DNA from: Chlorokybus atmophyticus
Taxonomy: Eukaryota > Plantae > Mesostigma and Chlorokybus algae
DNA: 64,000 bases
Assembly: GCA_009103225.1 (NCBI GenBank)
Contig: RHPI01003041.1
Span: 329,439-393,438 of the forward strand
Reading direction: 5' to 3'
Made by a program: the position numbers and the translations under genes. Within the stretch, counting starts at the first letter, position 1, and the number at the start of each line of letters is the position of its first letter. Under the pieces are notes generated by a model. It made no database searches. It had not been told where the DNA came from and was given only the letters and a program-made list of their open reading frames with translations. Below are positions 9,864 to 21,330 of this stretch, in pieces.

Positions 9864-10075
9864 GTGTAACCTGCAGGTGCCTGTCATATAGGCTAAGTCA
9901 CCTTAGTTAGACTGATGTTTAATTTGCAGGTGCCTTTCAATTAAGTATAGTCACCTGTTAAGGCCTGATGTGTAACTTACAGGTGCCCGTTGGTTGGCTA
10001 TAGTCGCCTGTTAAGGCCTGATAAGTAACTAACAGATGCCTGTTAATTAGGTTTAGTCAACTGTTAAAGACTGAA
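9864..10075. repeat. Tandem array of four diverged 53-bp units
   Basis: Units start at 9864, 9917, 9970 and 10023 (exact 53-nt period). Shared core: gtaac..caggtgcc....tagtcacctgttaaggcctgat. Confidence 0.9.
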
Positions 10076-11268
10076 TTGTAATGGAAAGGGCCTGATAGTA
10101 ACCCAAGTTATACTCAAGTCCCTGTATCGAGATTACAGGTGGACTGAGCCACGACAGTCCAAATAAGTATCTCTTGGTGCACGATCATTGCCAATATACA
10201 ATCGGCCGGCAGGGGAAACATTTTGCGGTGCCGTTGCGGTAGCTTTTACCCTCGCCTCGGACACACAATAAAGGTAACAAAAAAACCACAGTTTTTACAC
10301 ATGGTTGCGTCTCGGGCACACAATGTGGATGCGTCTTGGAAGCATGCCGTTACATCTTACTTGCCGCCGCCGCTGTGTCTGCTGAGGTAGCTTTTGTCTC
10401 AGACATACATCGTTGTATAAAAGTATATATGAGTAAATAATAGCCTTGAAAACACACACATGGTTGTCTTTGATTTTGTGGTTTGCGATTAACAAAATGC
10501 CGTCAGTCGCTACAGAATCATCAATAAAAAAATTTGCCAACACGATATTGCGCATCCATTGTATAACGTCATATCGCACATAATGCGAAGCTGCACCTTC
10601 CCTCAAGCATTACATATGCTTAAGCTTGTATTACATGATTAGCTCAAAGTATAGTGTGACTCGCACCGAAGTAGCATAAGACATACAGTATATGCCATAC
10701 GTATCAAAATTAAATTAAATAAATTAAATAAATTATCTAAATTAATTAAATACAGAGATCAACCGATATGCTTATGCTTATGAATGTTTACATACTATCA
10801 ATTGCTATGTTTAGTATGCTTTATGTATATTGGGCTTGAACTATTAAACCAATGTAACAAAGTTTTGCAGATTGCTGAAACATCTTGTCACAATCAATAC
10901 AAAACGCAACGGCCACTACATCTTTGCATCCTCCTCCGCAAATTAAAGACCCCTACGGCGCGACGCAAGCTCTTTGCATGTTTGATAAATACTTTAACAA
11001 AGCGCAAAGCATCACAAATACTTTAACAATACGGGTATTGACGAGCATGAATGTGCTCATAAGCGATACTCGTATTATACCGTAAAACACCGCATACTCA
11101 TACGGTGCAATTCGTGTCTCAGAGGTATTGTATATTGTGCAACTTGTAATTCTATTACGCAGTTGCACTTTTGACCGCGTCTGGTTACTCCCGACAATTA
11201 TTACACTATACCGGTTATGTACTACGTTAACCACTCTTCCGATATTTGATTTTTGGTTCGCGCTTGGT

Positions 11269-11276
11269 TTTCGCGC
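11269..11276 (+). promoter_or_regulatory. E2F-like site TTTCGCGC
   Basis: Consensus match ~100 bp upstream of the putative start (11379) of the SPIRAL1/DUF4057-like gene. A second TTCGCGC lies a few bases upstream. Confidence 0.3.
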
Positions 11277-11378
11277 CAACTGCCGCCCGCTGAAGCAGTG
11301 TCATTGTTGTTAGGGGCGGCGACGTAGTTGTTGGCATAGTCGTTGGGGTCGTCAGGGGCATTGTGTAATAGCTTGACC

Positions 11379-13889
11379 ATGTCGTTCCTAAGTTGGGACG
11401 AGAAGGCGAGCGACAACAGCTCCGGCGGCGGCGGCAACCGCCCGCCCTCAGCCCGACACCGCCAGGCAAGCTCAGCTTAGGCCAATCCTCCAGTTGCTGC
11501 TACTTGCTGCTGTTGTTTTACTTACCTCGGTTAGGCGATAGTTTGACGGTTGTCCTGATGGTCATGCGTGTAGAAAGCAAGTAAGTTCTTCCGTTGGTTG
11601 CAAGGCTGGTACTGGCTTTTTCTTAGCTGGCTCAGTACTTGCGCTTGCTATCCATGCCATTTGTGCTTTTGCCGGTAGCTGGTCGTGTTCTCTTTTTGTG
11701 TACACATGTTAACACAACATTAACAGATTATAGGACAATGCGACACAACTTGACGAGGTTTAAAGCAACATCTGCATTGGGGCTGGGTGTGCTTACACAT
11801 GTACATCGTTGCTTATGTGCAGCCTGCTGGTGGCGCCAGCTCCTTCTCACTGTCCAACGACCCTGTGACAGAAAATGTCAGGTACATACAAACAAAGCAA
11901 CCACACAAGCACCTACCACCCACACATGCACAAAGACACACATGAAACTGGTGCAGAGCTTGTGAACTTCGTCACTGCATACTGTGTGTACTGCAAGTGT
12001 AAAGCAATGGCTGTTGGCGTCAATTGCAAATTCCTGTGACAGGCCGAGCACAATGCAGTCTCAGGCCAAGCAGCGGGAGATGAGTGGCAGCAACATCTTT
12101 GGCGATGACAGCGCGCCCGTGAGCAATTCGTCATCCAACAAGTTTGCCAATGGCAACGACCAGAACAATGGCAACGTCATCACAGACCGCCCTACCACCC
12201 GTGTCAACCAGGCACGCTTATTGTTGTGGTTGCCGTCGTTGTTATTGTTGCTGTTGTCACTGCTGCAGCTGCTGCTGTTGTCAACTTTGTCAATGGTATT
12301 GTTGCTGTTGGCTTTATTGTTTTCGTCGTTGTTGTTGTTGTGGTTGTTTTCGTTGCTGGTTGTTCTACCATTGTTGCTGTGTCTTCTTGCTCTGGCTCAC
12401 TGCCCTTTATGTACATGTGTGCAGCATCCTGGTGGTAGGAGTCAGATCAGTTTTGGTGATGATTCCCGGCGCGAAACGCCCCCGAAGAGCCGTGTCGGCA
12501 CAGAAGCCACGCCGCGCCCAATCAGCGCTGCCAAGGTTTGTGTCATCAAGCGATCACTCAGTCAATCACAAACATTAACAACCAAGCAATCAGTCAGTTA
12601 ATTTCCTTCCACCAATCAATGCGCAGTCAGTCAAACAATCCATGCTGCTATTCATGGATGCCTTTAGTTGAAAGTTTTAGTCATGTATTGTGTTGACCCT
12701 TGCATTGATCAGGCACAACTGTATTTGTGTGTGCAATCCATCAATGCGCATGAGTCGATTGTTCATGCATGATCGGCGTTTTGGATTGAGTTGGTCGTGC
12801 AACTGACCAGCTCATTGCTCAATTCATTCGCAAGTCATGCTTTCCTTTGTGCCTTTATTCAATCATGTATGCATGCCTGTAGTTGTTGGCCAGTGTTGAT
12901 GTCATGCAGCCACACAGTTCTTTCCATACGATGTATATCAACTCAGCCAATCATCCGTGGATGTGTCCACTAGCTTAGTCATTTATTCATGGCGTAAAAT
13001 CTCTAACTTTCTACGCATTCGCTTGTTACTTGACACTGATTACTGTGTTGTGCTCAGGCGCGTGAGATATCTGGCAGCAATATAGTTAGTGGCGGGAGCG
13101 CACCCGATGAGCCGGCTCCAGCAAGGCAGTCATCCAACTCCTTCGCCAATGGCAACGACCAGAACAACGGCAACTTTATCACCGACCGGCCCACAACCAG
13201 AGTCCATCAGGTGACAGGGCCACCACATGTGCATGGTTGCGTGCACGTGTGTGTGTACGTGTGTATAAGTGTGCGTCTGCAGATGTGCATGCGTGTACAC
13301 ACACAGACATATACGTATGCACAACAAGCCTGTACTCATGCACACACGAGCGCACATGTATGCACACACACATGCAGAGGCACGTGCGCGCACGCAAGCA
13401 TATATGCGCCTGCACATGCGTGCGTGCACGCGTGAGCACGTGCGTACACGGGTGAGCACATGCGTCTGCATGTATACGTGCACCTGAGCGCACATGCGCA
13501 CACGTCCACAGTACTGCAAATACGACCAATCAGTCACCACATAGTGACACTACGCTCTCCTGCTGAAGGCTCCGGGAGGCCGGAGTCAGATCATCTTTGG
13601 CAACGACGACGCCAATGCTGGCAGCTCTGAGGACCCCAACGCTCACCTCTCAAAGGGGAGGAGGGCGGCTGTGCCTGGCGCATCCGAGAGGAAGAACGAG
13701 AGCGTGTCTCTCGCATCCAACAACAACAACAACATCTCCCCGAATATCGCGGAAGGGTCTCCTCTCCAGGCGAAGGTGAAGGAGATCGTCGGCAACGACA
13801 TATTCAAGCAGGATGTGGGCCCGCCGCGCTCCACGCTTGGAGGAGTACGCAAGCCACCCGGTGGCGGATCCAGCTTTGCATTTGGCTAA
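11379..13889 (+). CDS. SPIRAL1/DUF4057-like microtubule-associated repeat protein (spliced; 5' exons uncertain)
   Basis: Exons ~12042-12211, 12425-12535, 13058-13210 and 13569-13889 splice in frame. They encode two SPR1-type repeats (SSNKFANGNDQNNGNVITDRPTTRVNQHPGGRSQISFG; SSNSFANGNDQNNGNFITDRPTTRVHQAPGGRSQIIFG), three K.RE(M/I)(S/V)G..IF-type motifs, and a terminal GGVRKPPGGGSSFAFG*. Candidate first exon MSFLSWDEKAS... at 11379. Confidence 0.8.
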
Positions 13890-14661
13890 CAACAACAAGA
13901 AGAACACAGTGATGATGATGGTGGTGGTGATGGGCAAGCAACATGTGCGCATGCAGATGTGGCATGGCAACTGACTGTATATGTAGGGTGTGATGGCGTT
14001 TTTGTGTGGCTGTGTTGGATGTTGGCTTGACGTACAAAGAATAGGTAAGGCAGGGAGTGACTCTCAGCGTGCATCTTGTAACAAAGTTACAACTACCACA
14101 ACATTGTCATGCGGGTGGTGCTTTGTGAGTGACGATAATACAGTTTTTTCCACTGCACAACACTCAGATTGTTGCTGTTGTTCTTGTCGTGGTCGTTTTG
14201 TAGATGCGTGATGACTTTGGGACTGGTTGCATGGATTTGACACAATGGTGCACTGCAAATGGTCAATGTATGTCATTTTGGTGCGAGGTTACAAAGCATG
14301 GCCATGGCCATTGATGTATGGCTGTGCTGCTCTGGCGCATGCAGCACCTTGTTGTGTATCTGCAACAGATTGAATCGCCGTCATGTACAGACATGCACAG
14401 ACGCATATGCGAACGCACAACCCATCGACCCACCACCCACCCACATGCACAAACTGTGCGCGCACTCAGACACACATACCTACCCACCCACCCACATGTG
14501 CACCTGCATGCGCTTGTTCACGCACATGTTGAATGACAAACTACGCTGGCGCAGAGCTCACCGACATGTGAGCACACAGTTGTCCACCAACCAACTCTAA
14601 TAGTAACACCAACAGCTGCACCCACACTGGTTTACGCACATGCACACCTAAAGCAGGCAGT

Positions 14662-14795
14662 GTGCAAATGTTTTGTTGCAAGCATATGCGCACAGAGGCA
14701 CAATTCCTATCGACATGGAGGTAAGCCGGTGCAAATCTTTCGTTGCAAGCATATGCGCACAGAGGCACAATTTCTATCTACATGGAGGTAAGGCG
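14662..14795. repeat. Local 2x67-bp tandem repeat
   Basis: gtgcaaat....gttgcaagcatatgcgcacagaggcacaatt.ctatc.acatggaggtaag at 14662 and 14729. Only one copy exists in the duplicate (~18110-18180). Confidence 0.9.
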
Positions 14796-14872
14796 GCCTC
14801 GCAAACTTTGCTTCAATACCCTATAGTTGTGGATTTGCTGTATTGATAAACTTTACTTACAAGTCATACGCA

Positions 14873-15127
14873 TCATGATGTGATGTCGTTGTCCCCGTCC
14901 TTGTTCGCCTCAAACTTCTTCTTGAAGGCGTCCTGCCGCTGCATCCACATCATGTGCCCCTGCATGTGTGTGTGTGTGTGTGTCGTTGACTTTGCTGTCG
15001 TTGGTATGAACAATCAACACACATGCAGGGGCACACAACATTTACAATCGAAGGCTACCTGCAAGGCGGCAGCCCAAGCGATGAGAAACCCCGCCGCTAT
15101 CACTGACCGCCGCGGGCCTGCCTGCAT
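14873..15127 (-). CDS. 51-aa single-transmembrane microprotein, copy A (two exons)
   Basis: Exons 15127-15059 and 14959-14873 (GT-AG) give MQAGPRRSVIAAGFLIAWAAALQ|GHMMWMQRQDAFKKKFEANKDGDNDITS*. Frame, start, splice sites and stop are conserved in copy B. Confidence 0.8.
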
Positions 15128-15353
15128 TGGACGACAACCACACGCACAACCACAAGGACAACCACGCCGCCGCGTCACCTGCACTTATCTTTGGCCGCCG
15201 CTGCAGTGCAACCGAAAGGCTCGTTGTTGTCGTTGTTGTAGATGTTGTTGTGGTGGTGGTAATGGTGGCTTGCATTGCGGCAGCGGCGGCGGCGGCCTGG
15301 GTGGAGTGAGAGAAGCCTGCTCGCTGCTTTGACTGTGGCGGCGCGCAGATAGC

Positions 15354-16227
15354 ATGGCTTACACATCGCTTGTGGGCGGTGTGGGCTCTTTGGTGGGCGT
15401 GCAGCTTTCGTCTTCTACCAAAGGTGTCGTCAGCGTTTCCTCCCGCCGCCGCTGCAAGCAGCGCACAGTTGCTGCATGTGCCTCCTCCTCCTCCTCCTCC
15501 CAGCCAGAGGACGACTTGGCAGAGTTGGTGGCAAAGCTGGTTTCCGCTGAACGGCGCAAGTTGTTGGCAAACTCGGCTTATGCTGCTTGCGCCGCTGAAC
15601 GGCGCAAGCAGCGTGATAGACAGGTACGTATGTAAGCGAGCAAGAAGTTGCTGGCTGCGTGGCTTACATGGCGCTTGCAGCCAACGATCCTTGCGCAGTA
15701 TGTGTGCAGTGACATGGTGGGCTGTGTGTGCAGTTGCTAGAGCTGCTCCTTCGCCAGAAGGCACGGAACGCTGAGTATATAATGCGACTCGACCCACGTG
15801 AGTTGAAGGTACGGGCACCGAGGTGCTTGTGCAAGTTTAGGCTTGTGTGCAAGTTTACACTTGTCAACGCCTAAGGACAGGTTGCTATGCTGACATGTAG
15901 CTGATCACGCATCCTTTGCATGCATGCATGGATGCATGTGCAATTGCTGAGATGGTGATTGTGCAGGCGCGAGAGGAGCTCTATGCGAAGAAGTTTGAGG
16001 AGGTCTTCAAACGCCTTCGCACAGAGCTGGAGGAGATAAGAACATCCGCCCGTCGACGCACGGCGACCGACAAGTGGAATGAAAAAGAAATCCTGCGCAA
16101 TCGTGCTGCGGAGATCCGTGCCATGATCATCAACGGCCTCTTTATGAAGATGGACCTGCCCGCCGACGTCACGACGCCACAAGCAACATCGTGGCTGAGG
16201 TTGGTGAATGATGATCTCCAGTGCTAA
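15354..16227 (+). CDS. ~176-aa protein of unknown function with a putative plastid transit peptide (two exons)
   Basis: Exons 15354-15623 and 15967-16227 (GT-AG, phase 0). The N-terminus MAYTSLVGGVGSLVGVQLSSSTKGVVSVSSRRRCKQRTVAACASSS is S/R/A/V-rich and free of acidic residues. A charged helical body follows. Confidence 0.65.
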
Positions 16228-18254
16228 GCTTCACTGAAAGGCAGCATCATAAGTGAGACAACCCTGTGCTTACTGATGTACATTACAGGACAGGTGGTTG
16301 TTTGATTAGATTGTGGCCCCCGTTGGATTGTGTGGCATTACGTGTGACATAAGTTCCTTAGGCATAAGTTGCTGTGCAACACCTAGTTCATACATGAGAT
16401 GAGCCAGCTGTAACTAGCTTCTGTAAGTGAAATTCGTGCAACTTCTGGTAATATCACCAGAGTAACATCAACACGACCAGGGGACATTGCCACATGGCAC
16501 CATACACAGCATTAACTCATACCTAAGTTTGCAGCAGTATGCTAGTAAGCTAGCACAGTCAGGCCACCGTAATCCACTCAGCAGCCTTCTGTAACAGGCG
16601 ACCATTTTTACATCACCACGAAAAGTGTTGCAAATATAAGCAGTGACAGGGAACAATTGCGTTGTGCTTCCATCATCGACGGGTCCTCGAAGTGTGCTCA
16701 AGCTGTTATCACCTTCGCACACGTCGAGCAGACATTGCACGCAAGTCAGCGAAGACTGATATCCACGGTGATATTTCCTCTTTCTGCTAGATGCAATGCA
16801 ATACCAGCACACCCAAACCATGTGTACAGTCACATGTCAAAAAGGACAGTCAAGAAGATAAGGCCTGCTGCTGCCACTCGAACCCTCCAACTCGTTGCGT
16901 CAACTACTGTCCCATTCGCTTACTTCTCGTTATTGTGGTTGTGATTGAGCTTGTGCTTGCAGTTGTTGTGATTGTGCCTGTTCTGGTTCTTGTGGAGGTG
17001 GTTGTGCTCGTGGTCATGCTTGTCGTGCTTTGCGCGCTGTTGGTACTTATTCCTCATGTGGTGGTGGTGGTGGTGCTTGTGCTTGTGCTTGTTCCTCCTG
17101 TAGTTATGGTTGTTCTTGTTCTTGTGGTGGTAGTCGTGCTCGTCGTCATGTTTGCACTGTCGGTGCTTGTTGTTGTTGTTGTGGTGGTGCTTATGCTTAT
17201 TCCTCCTCTTCTTGTGAGCTTAACGAAGAGAAAGTAGGAGACGAAGTTGAATGTGTCGTTAGCAATGACACATTCAAGCAGGATGCGGGCCCGCCACGCT
17301 CCACGCTTGGAGGCGTGCGCAAGCCATCCGGTGGCGGATCAAGCTTTGGCCAAAACAACAACCACAACAACACAACAGTGAAGGAAGGACATGGTGACAG
17401 TGGTACTGGGGGTGATGAACATGTGCGCATGTCGATGTGGCATGGCGTCTGACTTTATGTAGGGTGTGATGATGTTTTTGCGTGGCTGTGTTGGATGTTG
17501 GCTTGACGTACAAGGAGTAGATAGGGCAAGGGCTTTGACTCCCAGCGTGCATCTTGTAACGAAATTACAACTACTACGACATTGTCTTGCGGGTGGTGCT
17601 GTGTCAGTGATGACATTACAGGTTTTTCAATTGCACCATACTCAGATTGTCGCTGTTGCTGTGTAGATGCGCGGTGACTTTGGGACTGATGGTATTGGTT
17701 TTGGTTATTGGTGTACTGCACATGGTTAAGACATGTCATGTTGGTTGGCAAGGATACAAAAGCATTGCAAATGGCCATTAATGTGTGGCTGGGTTGCTGC
17801 TTAGATGCATGTGGGCACCTTGTTGTGTGTCTGCAACAGATTGGGTTGCCGTTATGTACAGACATGCACGTGCATGCCCACACACATAAGCGGACGCGCG
17901 ACCGATTCACCCACTTGTCCGCCCGCATATACATCAGCATGCGCGTGTTCACGCACGCATGCGACAACATGCGCATGCAAACCCACATGTTGCATGGCAA
18001 AGCTTGCAGATACGTGAATACATAGTTGCTTACCTACCAACACCAACTCTAACGGTAACACCAACACCAACACGGGGGGGTTACGCACACGCACACCCCA
18101 AAGCAGGCAGCGTGCAAGCTTCTGTTACAAGCATTTGCGTGCACAGAGGCACGATTTCTATCCTCGTGGTGGTGAGGCGGACTTACGAAATTCGCTTCAG
18201 TTCTCTCTAATTGTCGTTTTGCTGTATTGCTGATCGTTATTTGAGTGATACGCA

Positions 18255-18508
18255 CTATGATGTCATGTCGTCGTTGCCATCCTCTTTCACCTCAAACTTC
18301 TCCTCGAAGGCGTCCTGTCGCTGCATCCATGTCATATGCGCCTGCATGATTTGTCATGGTTGTTGTTGATGTCGTTGCTTAGTCACAAACACATGCACAA
18401 CACACATCTCAACCATTCTGCGTACACCCAAGAGATTGCCTGAAAGGCGGCAGCCCAAGCGATGAGGAACCCCGCCGCTAATACAGACCGCCTCGGGCCC
18501 GCCTGCAT
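18255..18508 (-). CDS. 51-aa single-transmembrane microprotein, copy B (GC-AG intron)
   Basis: Exons 18508-18440 and 18341-18255 give MQAGPRRSVLAAGFLIAWAAAFQ|AHMTWMQRQDAFEEKFEVKEDGNDDMTS*. The donor is GCAATC. Confidence 0.65.
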
Positions 18509-18629
18509 TGGACCTCGACAAAGACGACGACGACGTCGATATCGACGACCACACCCACAACGAACCACACCCAGTCCAGCGCCGCCTCCCCTTTATTATG
18601 CTGGGGGCACCGCTGCAATGCAATTGCAG

Positions 18630-20780
18630 GAGGTGTTTGTTATGATTAAGTAAGTAGTGTTGTCAAGGCAGAGTGTCGTGTCAGGTGTTGGTCAAAGCGG
18701 TGTTGTGGCTGTCTGGCTGGTTGTGGTTGCAGATAGCCTTGGGCAGACTGCTGCTTGTTGGCTTGCACGGCGGTAGCAGCGGCGGCACGTGCGGTGTTGA
18801 ACACCCACACTGAGCATGTGGTGCTGCAGTTGGACATTGCCAACGCCGTCGACCGCGCAGCAATGTTCAAGGAGTTGCGGGCTGACCCTTTCGCCCTTCT
18901 CATTCCCTTCGTGCAATGCTTCTACAACTCTCTCTCTCGCTGTTGTTGTACAGCGGAGACGACCGCATTGAGCTCATTCTTTCCTCAACAGGCACCCGGC
19001 AAGGTGATTCTTTAGCCGGTCTACTGTACGCGCTCGTGCATACCCGCGTGGTTAGAGATGTCATTGCCCATTACACCACCGTGTTGTCTCCCATGTACGC
19101 CGATGACACATTCTTGATTGGCCCGGCTGAGGACGTAGCGGCCGCAGCAGCAGAGGTGCGCTGTGCTCTGAAACCATTAGGCCTGCATGTGCGTTGAGAC
19201 AAGGCGTGCGCTTGCAGCCGTTGAGAGGTTCCAGACATCTTTTCAGTGGAGGTGCGCACAAGTGTCATTGACTTCACTGCGCTACGGGTGCCTTTAGGCT
19301 CGGATGCCACCGTTGATGCTGCATTGGTCGCTTAGACCAGGCGATGGCGGCGTTGCGCGTACTACGGCACATGCGCGATTCACATATTGCCACTTTGCTA
19401 CTGACACGCTGCATTGCTGCTCGTCCTGCCTACCTCATGCGGACTGTGGCCCCTTCAGCAACCTTTTGCGAGCAGCTGTCAGCATTCGATAGGGCTCTGC
19501 TAGACTGCTTTGCCCACGTCATGCATGGCGGACGTTCCGGAGGCGCTTAGCTCGCGCGTACCTCAGCAGCTAGCATTGCATGTTGATATGGGCGGCATTG
19601 GCCTGCGTGCTACGGCCGAGGTGGCGCCTGCAGCATTTGTTGGCAGTTGGGCGATAGCGGCGTCTGTGCTCATTCGTCGCTTTGCATCAGTCGGGCCTAC
19701 ACCCGATTTTGACCTTACTGTTGCCATCGTCACTGCTTCAAGCCCTCTGACCACTCTCCCCTTTCAGCGAGCATTGCGTGATGCAGCTGCTCAGCCGACA
19801 CCACACTTTGCGCCAGAGTCCTTGTGTGCTTTCACGACGTTACAGAGCCGGCGTCTGCAGCAGGACCTCAGCACAGCCATCGACACCACTGCTCAGCTAC
19901 AAATAGAGTTGGCATTGGTCTCTGTCGTGGAGGCTGCTCGCTTGCAGTCGGCTTCGAAAGGAGGCGCAAGTGCTTGGTTGATGGCGGTTCCTGCGCGCCT
20001 GGATCACCGCTTTTCAGACTTCGAGTTCCGCACAGCCATGCGTCACCTGCTTGGTTGGCCGCACTCACTCCTGGCACACGTGCAGCTTTATTCATGTGGG
20101 TAACAGCTCATCAGTGCCTGAGACGAGCGTATGACATCTTGTATGCGCCATGGCCATCGCTTTGTGACACACGATGCTGTGCGCGATGCTGTTGCTGGCA
20201 TCATGCGGGAGGCGAGCTACACCGTCCATCGCGAGCAGACAAGGGTACTGCATGTCCGAGATGGTGAGCGTCAGGGATGTCGTATGGACATCGTTGCCTC
20301 GGAGCGGGGTCGCGCATGCTGCTCGACGTCACCATCACCGGTAGCCACTACCTAGCGGGATCAGCGGCACAGAGTGCGGAGCGCGAGCAGCGCTCCAAGT
20401 ACTCGGACCATTTCCCAACAGACACGCTGATCCCGTTGGCGATCGAGTCGCACGGTTGGATGGGTCGCCCGTTGATGGACTTGTTGGCTACTTGTGCGCA
20501 GAGCATTGGATGCTCGCGTTCAAGACGCGGTATCTATCACGCTTTGTGAATGCCTTCCGCCAGCGCATGTCTGTCACGTTCCAACGCGCACAGGCAACAG
20601 CCATTATGGCCCTAGCTGCAGCTGCACGCAGCCCCCTCCTTGCGTGTGCACGATAGACAGCATGTTGCACTTGAGGACATTGCTCGTGTACAGCCTACTG
20701 TATGATTGTGTTTGAGTAGGGTAGCATAGGACACTGCACACCACAACCGCCAGTTGGCACCTGTGTACTGTATTCTTCTT
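18630..20780 (+). mobile_element. 5'-truncated, decayed non-LTR retrotransposon with RT and C-terminal restriction-like endonuclease (CRE-like clade)
   Basis: RT motifs VVLQLDIANA, LIPFVQCFY, SSTGTRQGDSLAGLLY, MYADDTF and GGIGLR. Then GASAWL, FRTAMRHLLG, zinc-knuckle remnant CG...H...C...HDAVRD, and RLE motifs RMDIV...LLDVTI...AE.EQ.SKY...LIPLAIESHG...FQR. Frameshifts and stops are present. Absent from copy A of the duplication. Confidence 0.88.
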
Positions 20781-21330
20781 CCTCCTCCCGCCACTCGCGC
20801 AAGCAGCGCACAGTAGCTGCATGTGCCTCCTCCTCCCAGTCGCAGGACGACTTGGTAAAGTCCCACATGCAGCATGACAGGTACGTATGTAAGCAGGCAA
20901 GAGGGTGGGAGGTTGCATTGCTTACATGGAGCTTGCCAATCTATGCGCAGTATGCGTGCATGGACAACAAGTGAATGAACTGTGGGGCTATGTGCGCAGT
21001 GGCAAGAGCAGCTGCCATGGAATGCTGAGCAGAATAGGCGACTCGACCAACTTGAGTTGAAGGTACATGCACCAAGGCGTTGACGAGTTGATACTTGTCC
21101 AAGCTTGAGGAAAGGTTGCTATGCTGCTGACATGTAGCTGATCACGTATTCTATGCATGCGCAACTGGTAATATCAATCAACTGGTCATTGTGCAGGCGC
21201 AGGAGGAGACTTTTGACAGCGAGCGGAGTGAGAAATACCGGCAAGGTCATCTCACCGGCACTGCGATCAACATCATGGCTGTGGTTGGTGCAATTGTAGC
21301 TTTGAAAATCTTCATAATCTCCAGTGCTAA
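20781..21330 (+). pseudogene. Truncated copy B of the putative plastid-protein gene
   Basis: Homologous to ~15438-16227. It keeps the GACAG|GTACGT donor and GTGCAG acceptor, but the 5' end is replaced by the retrotransposon and both exons carry internal deletions. Confidence 0.75.

Larger units (their letters stand above)
13771..17241. repeat. Tandem segmental duplication, copy A (~3.5 kb)
   Basis: Colinear with 17242-22363 at many anchors: 13790/17263, 14880/18260, 15060/18440, 15450/20790, 15960/21190, 16480/21590, 16850/21980, 17210/22320. Confidence 0.92.

Noticed and set aside
9864-10075. CRISPR array
   Set aside because: Units are contiguous diverged 53-mers without unique spacers, there are no cas genes, and the context is eukaryotic.
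10280-10305. CAC-starting terminal inverted repeat (cacagtttttacac)
   Set aside because: No partner repeat in the window and the orientation does not fit a right end.
10295-11313. ORFs in the AT-rich tract
   Set aside because: No motifs, composition unlike the host coding sequence; treated as intergenic or TE debris.
14873-15275. Longer 80-aa three-exon model of the microprotein starting at 15275
   Set aside because: It needs an acceptor AG (15118-15119) that is absent in copy B, whereas the ATG at 15127 is conserved in both copies.
16791-17237. Long hydrophobic V/L-rich ORF (also 21761-22507) as a membrane protein
   Set aside because: It is the antisense reading of the Q/E/A-rich MSH1 tail and its duplicate.
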